Assembly (NCBI RefSeq): GCF_009914755.1 | Contig: NC_060931.1 | From: the human T2T-CHM13v2.0 reference genome, Homo sapiens | Length of the DNA: 64,000 nt | Direction: 5' to 3' (one strand) | Program-made: the position numbers and the translations under genes | Shown: piece by piece, positions 29,341 through 44,300 of the stretch | Layout: the number at the start of each line of letters is the position of its first letter | Position numbering within the stretch: the first letter of the stretch is position 1 | The notes under the pieces: generated by a model | Told to the model about the DNA's origin: nothing | Seen by the model: only the letters and a program-made list of their open reading frames with translations | The model's database searches: none

Positions 29341-30244
29341 TGAAGAGTTTTGATGTAGGCCTTAGAAGCAAAGCTTGCAGACGGGCATACCCGCAGGGCA
29401 AAAGGAAGCCAAAGGCATCTAGGCAGAGCAGATGATGTCCAGTGTGCTCTGTGGGTCGAGTCACAGGAACATCACTCATGGGGGGAGATAATCCCCACAG
29501 AGGGAAGGGTAAGTCTGCACTGCTGCCCGAGGCTTGATGCCAGGACTGGGACAGTGTGTGACCCCTGGGACCAGACTTCAGAGCTGTTGCAATCATGACT
29601 CTAGCACATTACTTGTTTCCTTGGCTGTAACCTCCACTCTGACAGAAGGGACCCTGGCTTTTTCCCATGGACCCCCACCCCCGGCCTACCTAGTTCAGTA
29701 CCTGATATTCAGTAAATATTTGAGGAAAGAAAAAATAACAAACATCACCCATCATCCCACCACCCAGGTGGAGCCCATATTAATCCCTGAGGACTTGCAC
29801 TGGACTTGAGTGGGGCTAGAAGCCCTGCTTGCAGATTGCATCTAGCCTAAGGTAAAGCAATTATTTGGAGGTTGTAGGCAGGCTGATGGCTCTGTAAGGA
29901 ACCCCATCTCTCACGCACTGGCCATCACTCCCGTGGTCGGGGGATCTCCACAGATGTGGTAGAAAGAAAGACGGCTTCTGTTTTTATTATGGCTTTATCA
30001 ACTGTCCTGAGAGTTGTCAGTCTCGGGAATATATATGCATGTACTTGAGCCAGTCGCGAGTCACGTTAGAGATGGAATTGTGTTCCCTGCTCCCAAAATT
30101 CCTATGTTGAAGTCCTAATCCCTAGTACCTCGGAATGTAACTGTATTGAAGGTGGGGTCTGTAAAGATGTAATTAAATTGAAAAGAAGTAATTAGAGTGG
30201 GCCCTAATTCAATGACAGGTGTCCTTGTAAGAAGAGGAAATTTA

Positions 30245-30480
30245 GGCCAGGCTCAGTGGCTCATGCCTGTAATCCCAGCACTTTGGGAGGCAGAGACAGG
30301 TGGATCACTTGAGGTCAGGAGTTCGAGACCAGCCTGGCCGACAGAGCAAAACCCTATCTCTACTAAAAATACAAAAATTAGTCAGGCATGATGGCACACG
30401 CCTGTAATCCCAGCTACTTGGGAGGTTGAGGGAGAAGAATTGCTTGAACCGGGAGGTGGAGGTTGCAGTGAGCTGAGATC
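30245..30480 (+). mobile_element. 3'-truncated Alu inserted after an MLT1 5' fragment (30075-30244)
   Basis: Alu stops at gagctgagatc, no tail. Confidence 0.8.
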
Positions 30481-31170
30481 AGAAGAAGAGAACAGGCAGA
30501 TCTTCACCTCCCACTGGCAAGAAGAGCTGAGAAGGAACCAGTCTTTGGAGTGCCAAGGTCCCTCCCCTACCCCACAGAGTGGCCAAGATTCACCTTCCTG
30601 CCCTCCACCCTCCAACATTATTATTCTTGACTGAGTAGCAGACTTCGGGGAATCACTGGGTGATTGCAGCCGATGATTGAAGGCTGTGTTGTAGAGTGAA
30701 ATCAGTCCTTCCCAGAAGGGGTTGGTTTTCCTAAGAGGTGGGTGTGGAGATTTTGAGGAGTGGAGGATTTGTGCTGCGTAGTTTCCATCTGCCCCTCTAG
30801 GTCCACTTTCCACTGTCCTATAACCTGCTCTGTGCTCCCAGAGGCTGACCTCGATGGATGGGGTCAGAAGCCTCCCCAGCTATCTTCCATGGAGACTCAC
30901 CCATGCCGGGAGCTGGCAGGTGATCAGAGAGGAGAGTGCGGATGCGCACGCAGATCCCGGGCTTTTCCTTGAGTGGCTGGTCATATCCTTGTGCCAGAGG
31001 CCACAGCTCCTGTCTGGAGGCAGCTCCACACAGCTCTTCCTCAGCATTCTGGTAACTTCTCCCTTCCCCAGACTTTCAGTGGGGTAAGGGCTCCTCTTTG
31101 CTGCTAACCCCAGGATGCTGCCCCATCTCTTTTTGCTTTCTCCCCTGCTCACTCCATTGTAAATAATCTT

Positions 31171-31796
<626 letters not shown>

Positions 31797-32366
31797 TGTA
31801 AATAATCTTAAACTCCCCAGTCAGGCAGCTGGAGGTGCCATCTGCATCTTCCAGGGTACGCTGGCAGAAAACAGACCGAAAGCAGAGAGAAGGTCCTGAA
31901 ATGGAAGCAAGGCCAGGGCCTGGGCTGTTCTTAAGCAGGTTCATTTTCCCTTAGACTGGGAGGAATCATCTGATTGAGTGGACAAATTAAACATTTTCTC
32001 ACAATTCCTTTCAATGCTCAGACCCTTTGGAGAGGCCTGGCGCCCTCACTCTGTGAGAGCACTGTGGGAGCTCTGGGAGGAGCAGGCAGAGAGGTGTGGC
32101 CTTTTCCCACCTCTCACCTGCTCTCACCTGAGGCCAGCGAGGCGGCGGAACCACAGACAGACAGCAGTGTCGCAGAACCGTAGGAAGAGACCTGATGTAA
32201 AGTGTGTGGTGACCCAGAGAGCAACAGGAAGCAGCTGCCAAGGGGCGACCCTGCAGCAGACATGGGGGAGCGTCTCCACTGCAGACAAACCCCGCAGAGG
32301 ACAGGGGACGTTGTCTCCACCCCAGATAAACCGCCGCATCGTGGCGACAAATATCAAATATTAAAC

Positions 32367-32471
32367 ACTTGAACCCAGGAAACGGAGGTTGCAGTGAGCC
32401 GAGATGGTGCCACTGTACTCCAGCCTGGGCGACAGAGTGAGACTCTCTCAAAAAAAAAAAAAAAAAAAAAA
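32367..32471 (+). mobile_element. Alu right-arm 3' fragment with A tail
   Basis: cttgaacccaggaaacggaggttgcagtgagccgagatgg...(A)n. Confidence 0.85.
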
Positions 32472-32817
32472 TCACTACTACATTTATTACACATGTGCCA
32501 GGCACAATGCTAAACTCTGTGGATTATCTCATCTGCTTTTCATGACCACCATTTTTAGTATAAATTACTATTTTATACCTACATCAGAGCTGAAGAAATA
32601 AAGACTCACTTAGGAGGGATTAAATAACTTGTCAAGGCCAGCCAGGCATTAGGTTGCTCGAATCTTGTGGCCTCCAAAGTCCAGGCTTTTCAGTCTCTCA
32701 AGAATAGAGAAACTAGACAATAAAGTGATTACAGGGTCACCCTTCCTCCCCCTGGAGGCTGCAGGCTGCACGCAGCCATCTGGGATGGGGAGGTGAAGCC
32801 TTGTGCCAAGGACGGCA

Positions 32818-32833
32818 GGCCAGCAGAGGGCAG
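32818..32833 (+). promoter_or_regulatory. CTCF-like motif in the KDM7A-PARP12 intergenic region
   Basis: GGCCAGCAGAGGGCAG closely matches the CTCF core; motif match only. Confidence 0.4.
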
Positions 32834-34984
32834 ATCCTGGCCCTGACCCCCTCGGGAAGTGGTCTCAGTCCTGGAACACCTATCTCCTGCCTTCTATCTT
32901 GTTTAAGCCATTTGTGTCCTGGGTTTTCTCTCCCTCACAGCTGAATCTACATCTGACTCATTCACCACATTAAGGATTTTGGTCTTGATCCCAAGAGCTC
33001 CAGTGAGAGCTGAAGCGAGGCCAGGAGCAGGTGGACTGAGGCACGTGAGGATGAGCCGGCAGGCCTTTGAGAGTCACTGGTTGTGGTGGGAAGAGGGAAG
33101 ATTTGAGATCACCCAGACTCCTGGCCTGGGCAACTGAAGATTGTCGAGGCCCATTCACAGGGAAGCAAGTTTTGTACTGAAGGGGAGTTGGAACCAGATA
33201 CCGAGGCGCAAGCTGCGTCCATTCAGGTGGACTGCAGGAACCAAGGCAGGAGTTTGCCTTCTGCTCACCCTGCTTTCTGCCAGGCTTCTCTCCCTAACCA
33301 GCCCAGACTCACATCTTTGTCCACTCTGGGGCTGCCTGTGGTCTTACAAGGCAAGCCCTCCTGCACCACTGAGCAACTGCTTTCCTAAGCATCACACCGC
33401 TCAGAAGTTAAAGCAGAGCCCAGCAACCATGGAGGGCTTCCTGAGCTCTGAAAATACTGTTCTGTGTCATCTGCAGGTGGCCAAAGTCCTTTCATAACTT
33501 GATACCACCTTATTGATCTGTTTTATAGTTTTACACATTAACCATGACTATATTTGATATTTTCAAAGTGAAGCACACCTATATAAAGTTTACAAAGCAA
33601 GTACAATAAAATTAAGTTTTAGGTTCTAAGTGAGGTGTATATATTTTTAATCCAGCTCATTCACACAATTGATCTCATTAAAGGAAAATCTACTCCTCCT
33701 CCTTTTTCTCATAAAGAAACCTGAAATACTCATTCTTTTTAACACCATATTGGTGAATTTCTACAGTTCTTAATAGTTGGCAGAATCCTCAAATTGTAAA
33801 GGGTTCTTTCCCCATTGTTCTCCATTTCTCTTTACTCTCTCTCTTCCACTCCCCCCATCCCATATGGCTGCCAGAGGCAGAGCGAAGAGTGCGCAGGGGT
33901 GGGGAAAGGGAGAGAGAGCATGAGGAATACCCATGTTCATGGGTTTACTCAATGTTATTTTGAGATTTGTACTAAAATGTGTGGGAGGTGCTGATGATAA
34001 GAGAATACCAATCCTAGCCTTAAACTCAGGCTGGTAGGAAAGACAGACGAAACATGGAAAAGTAACCAAAAAAGTGAAAAGGGTAGGAATAGAAGCCAGA
34101 CTCGGTAGAGAGCAGCGGAGGAGGGAGCGCTTCGCAGCCAAGCTCCCTGGGATTTACCGTGCCCCATTCACCAGCCCTGACCCACCCCATCCCACTGGGC
34201 TGTCAGTGCAACACACCAGGAGCAGGCAGGCTGATTTCTTGCGGGCTGTGCACAGGTATGATGGTGTGATTAGTGTGTCTTGGGCGCAGTTAACACATAC
34301 CTCACAGTAGAACACATTTGTCTCTCTTAATTCCACAAAAACATAAAAGTAAAATGTGTGAAAATGCCCAGCATCAATTATCTCTCCCTTTTGATTCCCA
34401 TCCTCCCAGAGGTAACCAGCCACTGTTAACCACCTGGTAGCCTTATTCCAGAAACTGAAAGATACCTCAGGCTCCCTAGCCCATGTCCCAGGATTTCTGC
34501 ACTTTCCCAGGCTTATGTCTGGACTCTGGCTTCCTTCTCCAGTAGGATTCTGTCCCCTTAGGCAGCCGTGCCCTTTGCTCTCTTGTGGATGCCCTGCCTT
34601 TAGTCTAATCGTGTTCACACTCGTCGCAGTAGCTTGAGTAAGTGCATTGGTTGGCAGCTGGTGGAACTCAGATGGCATTCGATACAGCAGCACAGAGAGG
34701 AGCTTGATCTGATGGCTAGTAGTTAGCGTCTCCTTGTGCCAGGCACTGTCCTTGAGTGTGCCATATGTTTTCATTTATTTAATCACTCAGTAGCCTAGTG
34801 AGGTAGATAAGTATGTCGCAGAAAACTGAGGCACAGCAAGGTTATATAATTTGCCCAGGACCAGTTAGTAAAGGTAGAGCCAGAATTTAACCCACTTGAC
34901 TCTGACTGCAGTCTGTGTTCCTAGCCCTCGGATTCCATGGAGTCTAACAGGTTAGAATGAAGACTCACAAGATCAAAGGTGATA

Positions 34985-35236
34985 GGCAGACCCATCCTTA
35001 ATCTAGTGGGTACCATCTAATCAGCTGCCAGCACAGTTAGAATATAAAGCAGGCAGAAAAACGTTGAATACACTGGCCTGGTCTCCCAGCCTACATCTTT
35101 CTCCCATGCTGGATGCTTCCTGCCCTCGAACATCGGACTCCAAGTTCTTCAGTCTTAGAACTCAGACTGGCTCTCCTTGTTCCCCAGCTTGCAGATGGCC
35201 TATTGTGGGACCTTGTGATACTGAGTTAATAAATTC

Positions 35237-35283
<47 letters not shown>

Positions 35284-35326
35284 ATCTATCTCCTATTAGT
35301 TCTGTCCCTCTAGAGAACCCTAATAC
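34985..35326 (+). mobile_element. MLT2A-like LTR (5'-truncated) containing (TCTA)n at ~35238-35290
   Basis: ccatctaatcagctgccagc...ctattagttctgtccctctagagaaccctaataca. Confidence 0.8.
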
Positions 35327-35355
35327 AGGTCCCAAAGGGTAAGAGACAAAAATTT

Positions 35356-35782
<427 letters not shown>

Positions 35783-35802
35783 CTAGAATAAGAGCATAGG
35801 AA

Positions 35803-36115
35803 GCTGGGGGTGGTGACTCACACCTGTAACCCCAGCACTTTGGGAGGCCAAGGCGGGTGGATTGCTTGAGGCAAGGAGCCAGACCAGCCTGGCCAACATG
35901 GTGAAACGCCATCTCTACTTAAAAAAAAAAAACAAAAAAAAAAACAAGAAAAAAAACAGATTAGCCGGGCATGGTGATGCACGCCTGCAGTCCCAGCTAC
36001 TCGGGAGGCTGAGGCAGGAGAATCACTCGAATCTGGGATGTGGAGGCTGCAGTGAGCCAAGATCGTACCAGCCTGGGCAACAGAGTAAGACTGTGTCTCA
36101 AATAAATAAATAAAT
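35803..36115 (+). mobile_element. Alu with expanded mid A-rich linker
   Basis: TSD gcatagga; linker aaaaaaaaaaaacaaaaaaaaaaacaagaaaaaaaac. Confidence 0.88.
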
Positions 36116-38369
36116 ATGCATAGGAGAGGGTCAAATACTATTTCTTACTGTTATTGCAAGTCTTTTGTCCCAGGTCATATTTGCCTTAAAAAAAAAAAAG
36201 TAGGGAATTTACACATATTACTTTCCACTTGTAGATCCTTCTTTTTTTTTTTTTCCTCAACTCTGGCATAGGATTTATGTAAACTTTTGATTTTATAAAA
36301 TTTCAGAACTAGCACTTTACAAAGTGTAAAGGCATTTTGGAGACACAGGCTGGGAAGAGTCTGGACAAGGCAAGGAGAGACTTGAGCCCAGGAGTGGATC
36401 AAGAGGAAGATGTGGATGGTGCTTCTGCAAGGCACGGGTAGGCAGCACCCCAGGATCAGCGATGGTGGGCAGAGCAGGACCTTTTCCTCTCCTCCTTATC
36501 TGGGTTGACCACCTACAGAGCTGGGGCAGAAGATAGGGCAGGATGTGGCTTCGGTGTCCAGGGCAGGAGAGGAGGGAGCAGCCCGGGTGGGCAAGGCTGT
36601 GAAGGAGGCTGCTGCGCTGCCCCACGGGGCCATGGTTAGGTCCAGCAGAAAGGGCGGAAGGGGTGCACTGGGCATGGCCTCTACTCATATGCCAGCTCTG
36701 AGCCTCTGGAAATCCACATTTGGTTCCTGTATCCTAACAGCACTTCTCACATGTCATTTATTTACAGCCTATGTTATTCACTAGAAGGTGAGCTCAATTC
36801 TAGAAGATGTTTCTTCAGTGTGCCCAGCTCCTGGAAAAGTGGACTCAGAGAGGTTCTGGTGACAAAAAACCTCCACAAGAAACTACAGTTTCAATCCACA
36901 GTGGGTTGCGCCTGCAAAGAAATTTTTACAACACCAACCATTCCTAAGGACCATCTATTCCTTCCTTAATTAAAAGTATATAGTTAAAAATACTTAGAGA
37001 AACAGCTTAGAATAGTCTTTAGAGTCAGACAGACTGAAAATGTCTGTATTCATGTGAACCTGGAAGTGTCATTGGCCCTCTCTGAGCCTTGGATGCATCT
37101 GTAGGATGAGGAATGTAGTACCTACCTCGCTGGGTTATTTTGAGAAAGAAATAAAAATATCCTTGCACACAGTAAGTACTCAAATGGAATGAAATAAAAG
37201 ATAGTAAGGGCTCCTGTTTCAAATCCTGTCTGTAACATAGCATTTGATCCTTCCTACTGTAAAATAATTGGCATTTATCATCAACATCCCACAGTGATGT
37301 GTCTCATGCTGTCTCACTGTTGTGAAACCACAAAAATCAGCTGAAAAGTCTAAGAAGAGTAGGTCCTGATCATTGTTTCATTAACGTATGAGCTTTGGGA
37401 AGGGCAGACAACCCACAAATTTACAAATAGTATATGGATTTTCACAAAACAAGCAGATTTGTTCAGATTTAGATTTCAACCAATTTCATGAAAGCAGACA
37501 CAGGAGATGCAAACTGCTTTTGTGGATTCCGTTCTAGGGGCGGAAGCAGCTCTCAAGGTGTGTTTAAGTGTGCATGCTTTGGCGTCCCTGTTCTTTTGCA
37601 GATATTAGGGGGAGGGAGGGTATGGTCTTTGGTCCTTCTGGTCACTTGGTTTCTGGGACTCTGAGCTCAGTTTCTCCTCGGGAACAGACTTCCTGCCCAC
37701 TTGTCTCCTTCCTAGGCTTCTCTTCTGCCCTGGAAGTGATGCCTGCAGGGCTCCTTCCTTCCTGGTCCAGAGTTCCTCTCTCATCTCCTCTAAGGACAGA
37801 TCTTTTTCCTGGTCCGTATCATCCCTGTCTCTCAGACCCTGAGTCCAAAACTGAGCTCATCTTCCTCACGGAGTGTGCACTTAACACTCTCACCTTCACC
37901 AGCCAGCCAGGCCACCACACCCCTGGCTCTCACTTGCCTTTTGTGTCTCACACAAGCTCCTTGAGGCCTGGGACTTGGTTTTGCTCACTCCTGCAGCACT
38001 AGTGCTAAAACAGTGCCTACTGTACTGCAGGTGTTAGGAAATACTTGTGGGATGCCTGGGCAGGGGCTGTGAGTGTGCTGAAATGTTCATTAGCCAAGTA
38101 CCCACATCCGTTTCTACGTTTCAGCCTCATGTTGCCAATTACACTTTTGTATTCTTCCCTCTCTTTGAGCAATCACTCATCCCCAGCAATACTGCTAATA
38201 AAATAAGACAATTACTTTTCACATTGAAGTCTTCAGAAGTAGTAAGGAGCAGACGCTGAACCCAGTTTTTCATACTTTTAAATAATTTCCCATGATTCAA
38301 TCAGCAGAAAAAGGGAACAAAGTCAGAATTGGATATAGAATTCAGATTCTTTTTCTTTCAAGGACGCAT

Positions 38370-38464
38370 TTTATACAATTTTCAACATTTATACTTTCAA
38401 ACAAAATGAGCAAAAAATACACTGAGTGCTAAAAAAATCAAAACAGAAGTAATACAATTTTAAT
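38370..38464 (-). terminator. Candidate KDM7A polyadenylation signals (ATTAAA 38464-38459; TATAAA 38393-38388 and 38375-38370)
   Basis: UGUA motifs upstream (38483-38480, 38508-38505) and a U/GU-rich tract downstream of the ATTAAA. Confidence 0.5.
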
Positions 38465-41189
38465 TTCAATATTTTAAAATACAGAAATTGGAAAGAATAC
38501 TAAATACAACTTTAAACAAGTCACTTGTCCTCCCCTATAATAATCAATGTAAGCTACTTAAAGACTTACAAATTTAAAGTAAAACAGAAACAAAATAAAT
38601 ACTGTACACTTTCCCTGCCTGCAGGCAAAAGATGGGAAATACTGTTATGAATCAGCAAAGAAATGCTCTTCAAGCTTCAGCACCCCACCTCCCAGCCACA
38701 CCCCACGCCATTGTCACACAGTGGGCTTCCGGACTGAAAGGACACACATGTCACACACATTGACTGCCTATACAAACAAGACGAGACGCTATTCCGCAGA
38801 CACCCCAAACAAGAAGAACAGTCCCCTCGGACCGTGGGCATAAAAACCAGTAAGAAAAGTCAGTCAGGCTAGCAAAACGTTACTACAAAACTAGTAAATA
38901 CCAGAGCCAACAACTGTCCCCTCTCCAAAGTTCACAGATTTGAAACCTCTAAAACCAATACTACCCCTCCCCATCACCCCCCAAAAAAACTTGCTGAAGC
39001 ACTGGCAAAGTTAGACATTTCACAGTAAATGTGAAAGTTCATATTATATAATCTCTTAAAATGAACCTTTTCACCCTCTTTCCACAGCATGAAACTGTTA
39101 TGGCTTAATTTATATTAAAAGTAGAAAAGTCTTTTCTGAAGGAAATACCATCTGCGAAGATGCATTTCCTGATCAGTGCTATTTCATACCTAACAACTGT
39201 ATGACTTGCTTTTGCAGTCAGAAGCTGTTTTTGGAAAAATTGAGGTTATAGCTTTTGATTCAGTCTAACCATAAACTGTAAGGCCCTTAGTTTGGTTTAG
39301 GTTTCTTTTGCAAGATAAAATAACCTTGGGGTTCACTTAGTAAGTTACACCTCAGGTCCCTGACTGTAATGTGGAAGTTATACGTAGCTCTGTAAAAATA
39401 AAAGGTTACTTATGAATCTTAAAAGGAAGAAATGGTTCTAGGTAAGGAATTAACTCCTCATTATATTTTACATTTAATGCTGGTAAGTTTTACCAACCAA
39501 AATACACCAAAGAAATATGAGAGTATGTCTGGGTTATTTTATGCCTGCAAAGTATTATATATTCCAGCACTTATGATCATTGTTTTGGTGAAAAATCTTG
39601 GAGGAAAACAGCTGACATTTTGAAAAAGAAATGGCCAAAATGAAACTGGTTGGAGACAAGTTTTACCTTTATAATTAAGCTCCATTTATGACTACTTTCT
39701 GAAAGAAAGAGAAGTGAATTCAGAGTGTCACAGGTCTTGCATAGGTAAACTACTTGGAGATCAAGGGCTACGTGGTAGCCAGGGTTTATTAGTGAAATAG
39801 TGCAGAGCAGATAAACTTGGAAGAATCACTGAATACAGTTTCGAAAGGTTTTAACAACAAAATGTAATGTTATACTTGTTAAGACAAAGTCTTAAGACAC
39901 TAGAAGGGGCACCAGGGGGAAGGGGAGAACCTAAGGATATTGCAAAAGAGTATTATTTTCTCCTCTCAATTAAAATGAGGAAAAAAATACTATAGAAGAA
40001 TAAAATCACAGTCACAACAAGCTCATTGCTTTGGAAATAGACATTTGCTTCCTAATGACCTTAATTTTTAAAATTTATGTTAAGGATATCAAATATTTGA
40101 CTTTACAGCATGAAAAAGAGGGAAGGGCTTCTAGGAAGGCTACAGTATTAAGATTACATTACGTTCAACAGCAACAGAATGAGAAAATTAATTCTTCCCC
40201 TTTCTTTCCACCTGGTTTCAAGGAAGCACATGAACATCATCTCATAGGGCAAGCCGAAAACTGGGGGCTGTTTTAGGAAGCAAAGTATCAGAGGCCCCAG
40301 ATCCACTGTGTCTCCCCACGCAAATCACTGTCCACTCTGGGTTACCTGTGTCTCCTTTATTTACCAGCGACACTCTGTCTAGGCTAAAGATCTGATGATC
40401 CAGCTTCCCAAGACTGCTTTAGAGGAAGGTCTAGGACACCACCAAGACTGGTGAGCTCTAGCTTCTCTTTATGTGGCGAGCAATTAACAATATTTAATGA
40501 GAAAAATGAATTTTTGATAATTATGCCTAGCAGTAGCATACTGGGTCACATGATATTCCAATCAACTCTATCTATAGTCTTACTGCTGCAGAGAGCATCT
40601 TTTGAAAAAGGCAGAAAGAATCTTGTCTGTTGAAGATGTCTGGTGGCGTCTCCTTTCCTACACTGGTTTCTTTCTACCAAGCAAACTGTTGGTACCCAAC
40701 CCAGAGCTGTCTTTGTGCATTCTCACCTTTCTAACCACCTCATTCTCCCCACAAGTTCCCTGGGGAGTTGCTAAGTCATTTTAATTCCATGACTTCCTTC
40801 ACCTTTATCTAGTACCTGAAGAGTATGCTGAATCTGTGGGGATGGTACTTTCCTAATTCTTCAAGAAAAACCTAAAGCCATCTTTCAGTTAAATCATCTT
40901 AACGTACTTGAGGATACACATTCTCACTCTCTTATCCATAAACAACTTCATTTTTCTTCCACTTCAAGCACGAAATCTGATTTTAATCCAGCACCTTGTT
41001 GGAGATTCCTCGGATTTTTAAAGTAGCATGCCCTGGGCATATATTTGATATAAAATAAACATCATGAATAGTATTAGTTTTCATTTAAAAATATATATAA
41101 AGGTGCATTAATTGCCAGTTTTAACTTAATGATAAGTTCTCTGTATGTATGAAGTGTTAAGAGATTTTCTTAATTGATTATCATAATAA

Positions 41190-41320
41190 ACACTTTAATC
41201 CAAATTTACAAATGAGAAAACTAAGAGAAAGAGTTAAGTGACTTATTCAAGGTTACACAGCTGATACCTAAATGGCAGAACTTCGACAAAAGCCCAGGTC
41301 TTCTGCTTCCTTGCATGCTA
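41190..41320 (-). mobile_element. MIR in the KDM7A 3'UTR
   Basis: tttacaaatgagaaaactaagagaaagagttaagtgacttattcaaggttacacagct. Confidence 0.6.
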
Positions 41321-44300
41321 CACCAAGTCCCTGTATGACCATATTAATTACCAAGTTGAAGCATTTCTTTAATTGTGAAATTACTTTCACTTCTACAGTG
41401 GCATATCTCAGTTGAAACTAAAAAAGTCAGCATGTTTTTTAATGAACAGGTCCTCTTTTGCTCATGTTTGCTTAGAAGTGAAAATAATACTGCTAATTTC
41501 CTGGAGAAGATACCTTCAAGGGCAGAGACCACAACTGCAAATTGATGTTCCCCAACAGTACTAGGTAGTGCTGGGCACACAGTAGATGTTTGATAAATAC
41601 CTGTTGATCCCATATAAATAAATACAGTAGACTATATTGAAAAGGCAATAATTAGGATTATTTAAAAATAGAAAAGTATTCAAGCTAAGTAATTAGTGAT
41701 AAAGATGGGCTTGTTTCCTCTGAGTTTATGATTTCAGTCAGAATCTTCAATTCTGTATGCTTAAAAATGAACTGATACTTATGAAGTTCAATGTATTTCT
41801 AGGATACTGAACTACTACAAACTGCCAACTTTATATTGTTTACATCACTCATCAATATTGAAAAGCATAATATTATGTGACATTGTAAATTATAATCCAA
41901 TGGATCCCAGCTGAACAGTCACTTATTTGAAACAATACAGGAAAATTATCATCTATTCCTATTACTAAAGTTGCATATGTTAATCATAATTCTCAATTTT
42001 ACATATTTGTATTTGGTTACAACTAGCTAAATGCTATCAGTGCTGTCTTCCTAAGTTGCTGTGTCTGTATGGTATAAATGAGGTTCTTTATTACTGTTAA
42101 GCCCAGGTACTCGCAGCAGCTACCACAAAGTTCAGCCATTTCCATGAGATAAAGGGATGCATTATGGCCAGTAATGTTATAAGACGTTTGACCAGGAGTC
42201 ACTGGATCAGTGGCCGAATTTTCACCAATTCAGAAAAAGACACATGGATTCTATTCAAGTGGTTCTATTACCTCGCTGAAAGTTTTCTAACTTAGCCACT
42301 TATTAAGGGGCTAAAACTACTAAAAATGAATCCACAGTACCTTCACTTTAGAATTCCACACACGGGCTACTCCAAATTAGTACTTCTCAGCCTAAGGACA
42401 CAGTGGATACTGGCCACAATTTTAATTCATAAAAATAAATTAAATTTCATTTTAATTCATAAAAATAAAGTTTAATTTTAATTTTTGTGACTAAAGAAAA
42501 AAATAGAAAATACTCAAGAGCTGTGAAAAACGTAAAGGAAAAAAGAAAACCCAGATCATGATATAACACGAAAAGGAAATTATAGCTCTTACACCTCGTA
42601 TTTCTTAACCCAAAATAAAAACATGACTATTGTAACACCGACTCAGGATCTACAGAAAAGCAAAAATCACAAGAATATACTGTGTGGGAAGGTAGGGGAA
42701 TCAGTCAAACCCAGATTTTTGACATCCTGAGATAAGATGACTCTACCCATCTTTCCACTGGTTTTGGCATAGTGTAGACAGGGTTTACACGGGTTGTTTA
42801 TAGACACTAAGGATTTCCATAAAAATTCTTTTTCCTGATACCCAGATAAGATTCAGACTTTGGTCCAGTCACTCTGAACCAGAAAGGCTACTTCATAAAC
42901 TATTTCATATTTATCCCATGACATTTTGGAATGGGGACACAAGAAGTATTTCTCTTTGAAAATATACATTTGAATGCAACCATGAAAGATGATGGTACAG
43001 ACTTTTTTCTTCTTAGCAATTCAAGTGATACTTAATAGAGAAGGGTAAGTCCTGCTATCTTGCTGAGTAAAAAAAAGACAAATCCATAATATGGCCATAT
43101 TTCTTCTCCATAAAAATAAATTTTATCTATTTGCCTATATTTTCTTTGTAGGAATTTGTAAAATGCTCTATTGTCAGACTTGGGAACATTTCTGCCCCAC
43201 CCCCAGAAATCACTTATTTTTATGCCATGGATGGAAAAAAGGGAAAATAGAAGCTACTATAAGCAAATGAAAACTGGCATTTAGTAAAAATCATACATAA
43301 AGGAGATAAATGAATACCTTAAAGTTTAACCAGATACTTAACCTCAATATGTACTGGTCAGGTTAGGATAGATGGAAGAAACTGCCAAAAGCACCCATTT
43401 TACTCCAAATCCATATCTTAAGTAATTCTTTAGAAAATTAAGAAATAAAAAAAGTAAATACACACAAAAGATCTATTCCAACATGCTTGCTTCTATACAA
43501 CTTAATGTAGTATTAATCCTATTATATTACGGCTTATGATGCAGATTTGAATATCCTAAATAACATTTCCCAACAAATCAGGTATGGAGCATAAAAGTAT
43601 CATAAGGTATAACCTCTGCAGCAGGTGCCAGTCCTGTTGTCCAACAGCAGCAGTACGAAGAAGGCCTGCTGTAGTTACAAATGTACTTGGAAAAACTATA
43701 AACATGACAATTTAACCAAACTTATAATACTTTTCCCACAAGTAGGAAAAATATATTAAAGCTGCTCTCTTTGGGACCCAGATATCATCAGCAGAAATGA
43801 AAATGCAAAAGCCTATTTTTTTTAATGTTGAGAAGAAAATCACAATGTCAAACGAAATGAGAAATGAGGGATCTTTCATGGAGTTCTTACACATTGGCTA
43901 CGAAAGTGTTTCCCTGCAAAGAGAAGAGTCTTACTGGGTCATCACAAAATGATGGGGAGTGCAGAGGGAAGGTGGGATATAAGGTAATCAACCTGGATAA
44001 CAGTATGCACCTTGGATGTTAGCAAAAGCGAAGCTAATAGCTTATAAAAAACACATGAAATATATAAAATAAAATGATTTTCATATACATCTTAATTTAA
44101 AATAATTAATGCATCAAATCCCTGTTTAAGACTTTAACCTGAATATCAAATTTAAGAGTCCAGACTAGTTACTGTTACTGTGGCCCTTCCCCACATGTAA
44201 CACACACACTATCAAAAATAATTTAAAAACCTTCACATTCTTACATCTAAATTAGTGAGATATTTCTCCAGAAATCTTCCAAATAAATAGCTTTAAAAAA

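Noticed and set aside
34154-34774. 206-aa minus-strand intergenic ORF
   Set aside because: No recognisable domain, starts in MIR/L2-like sequence, no splice or promoter support
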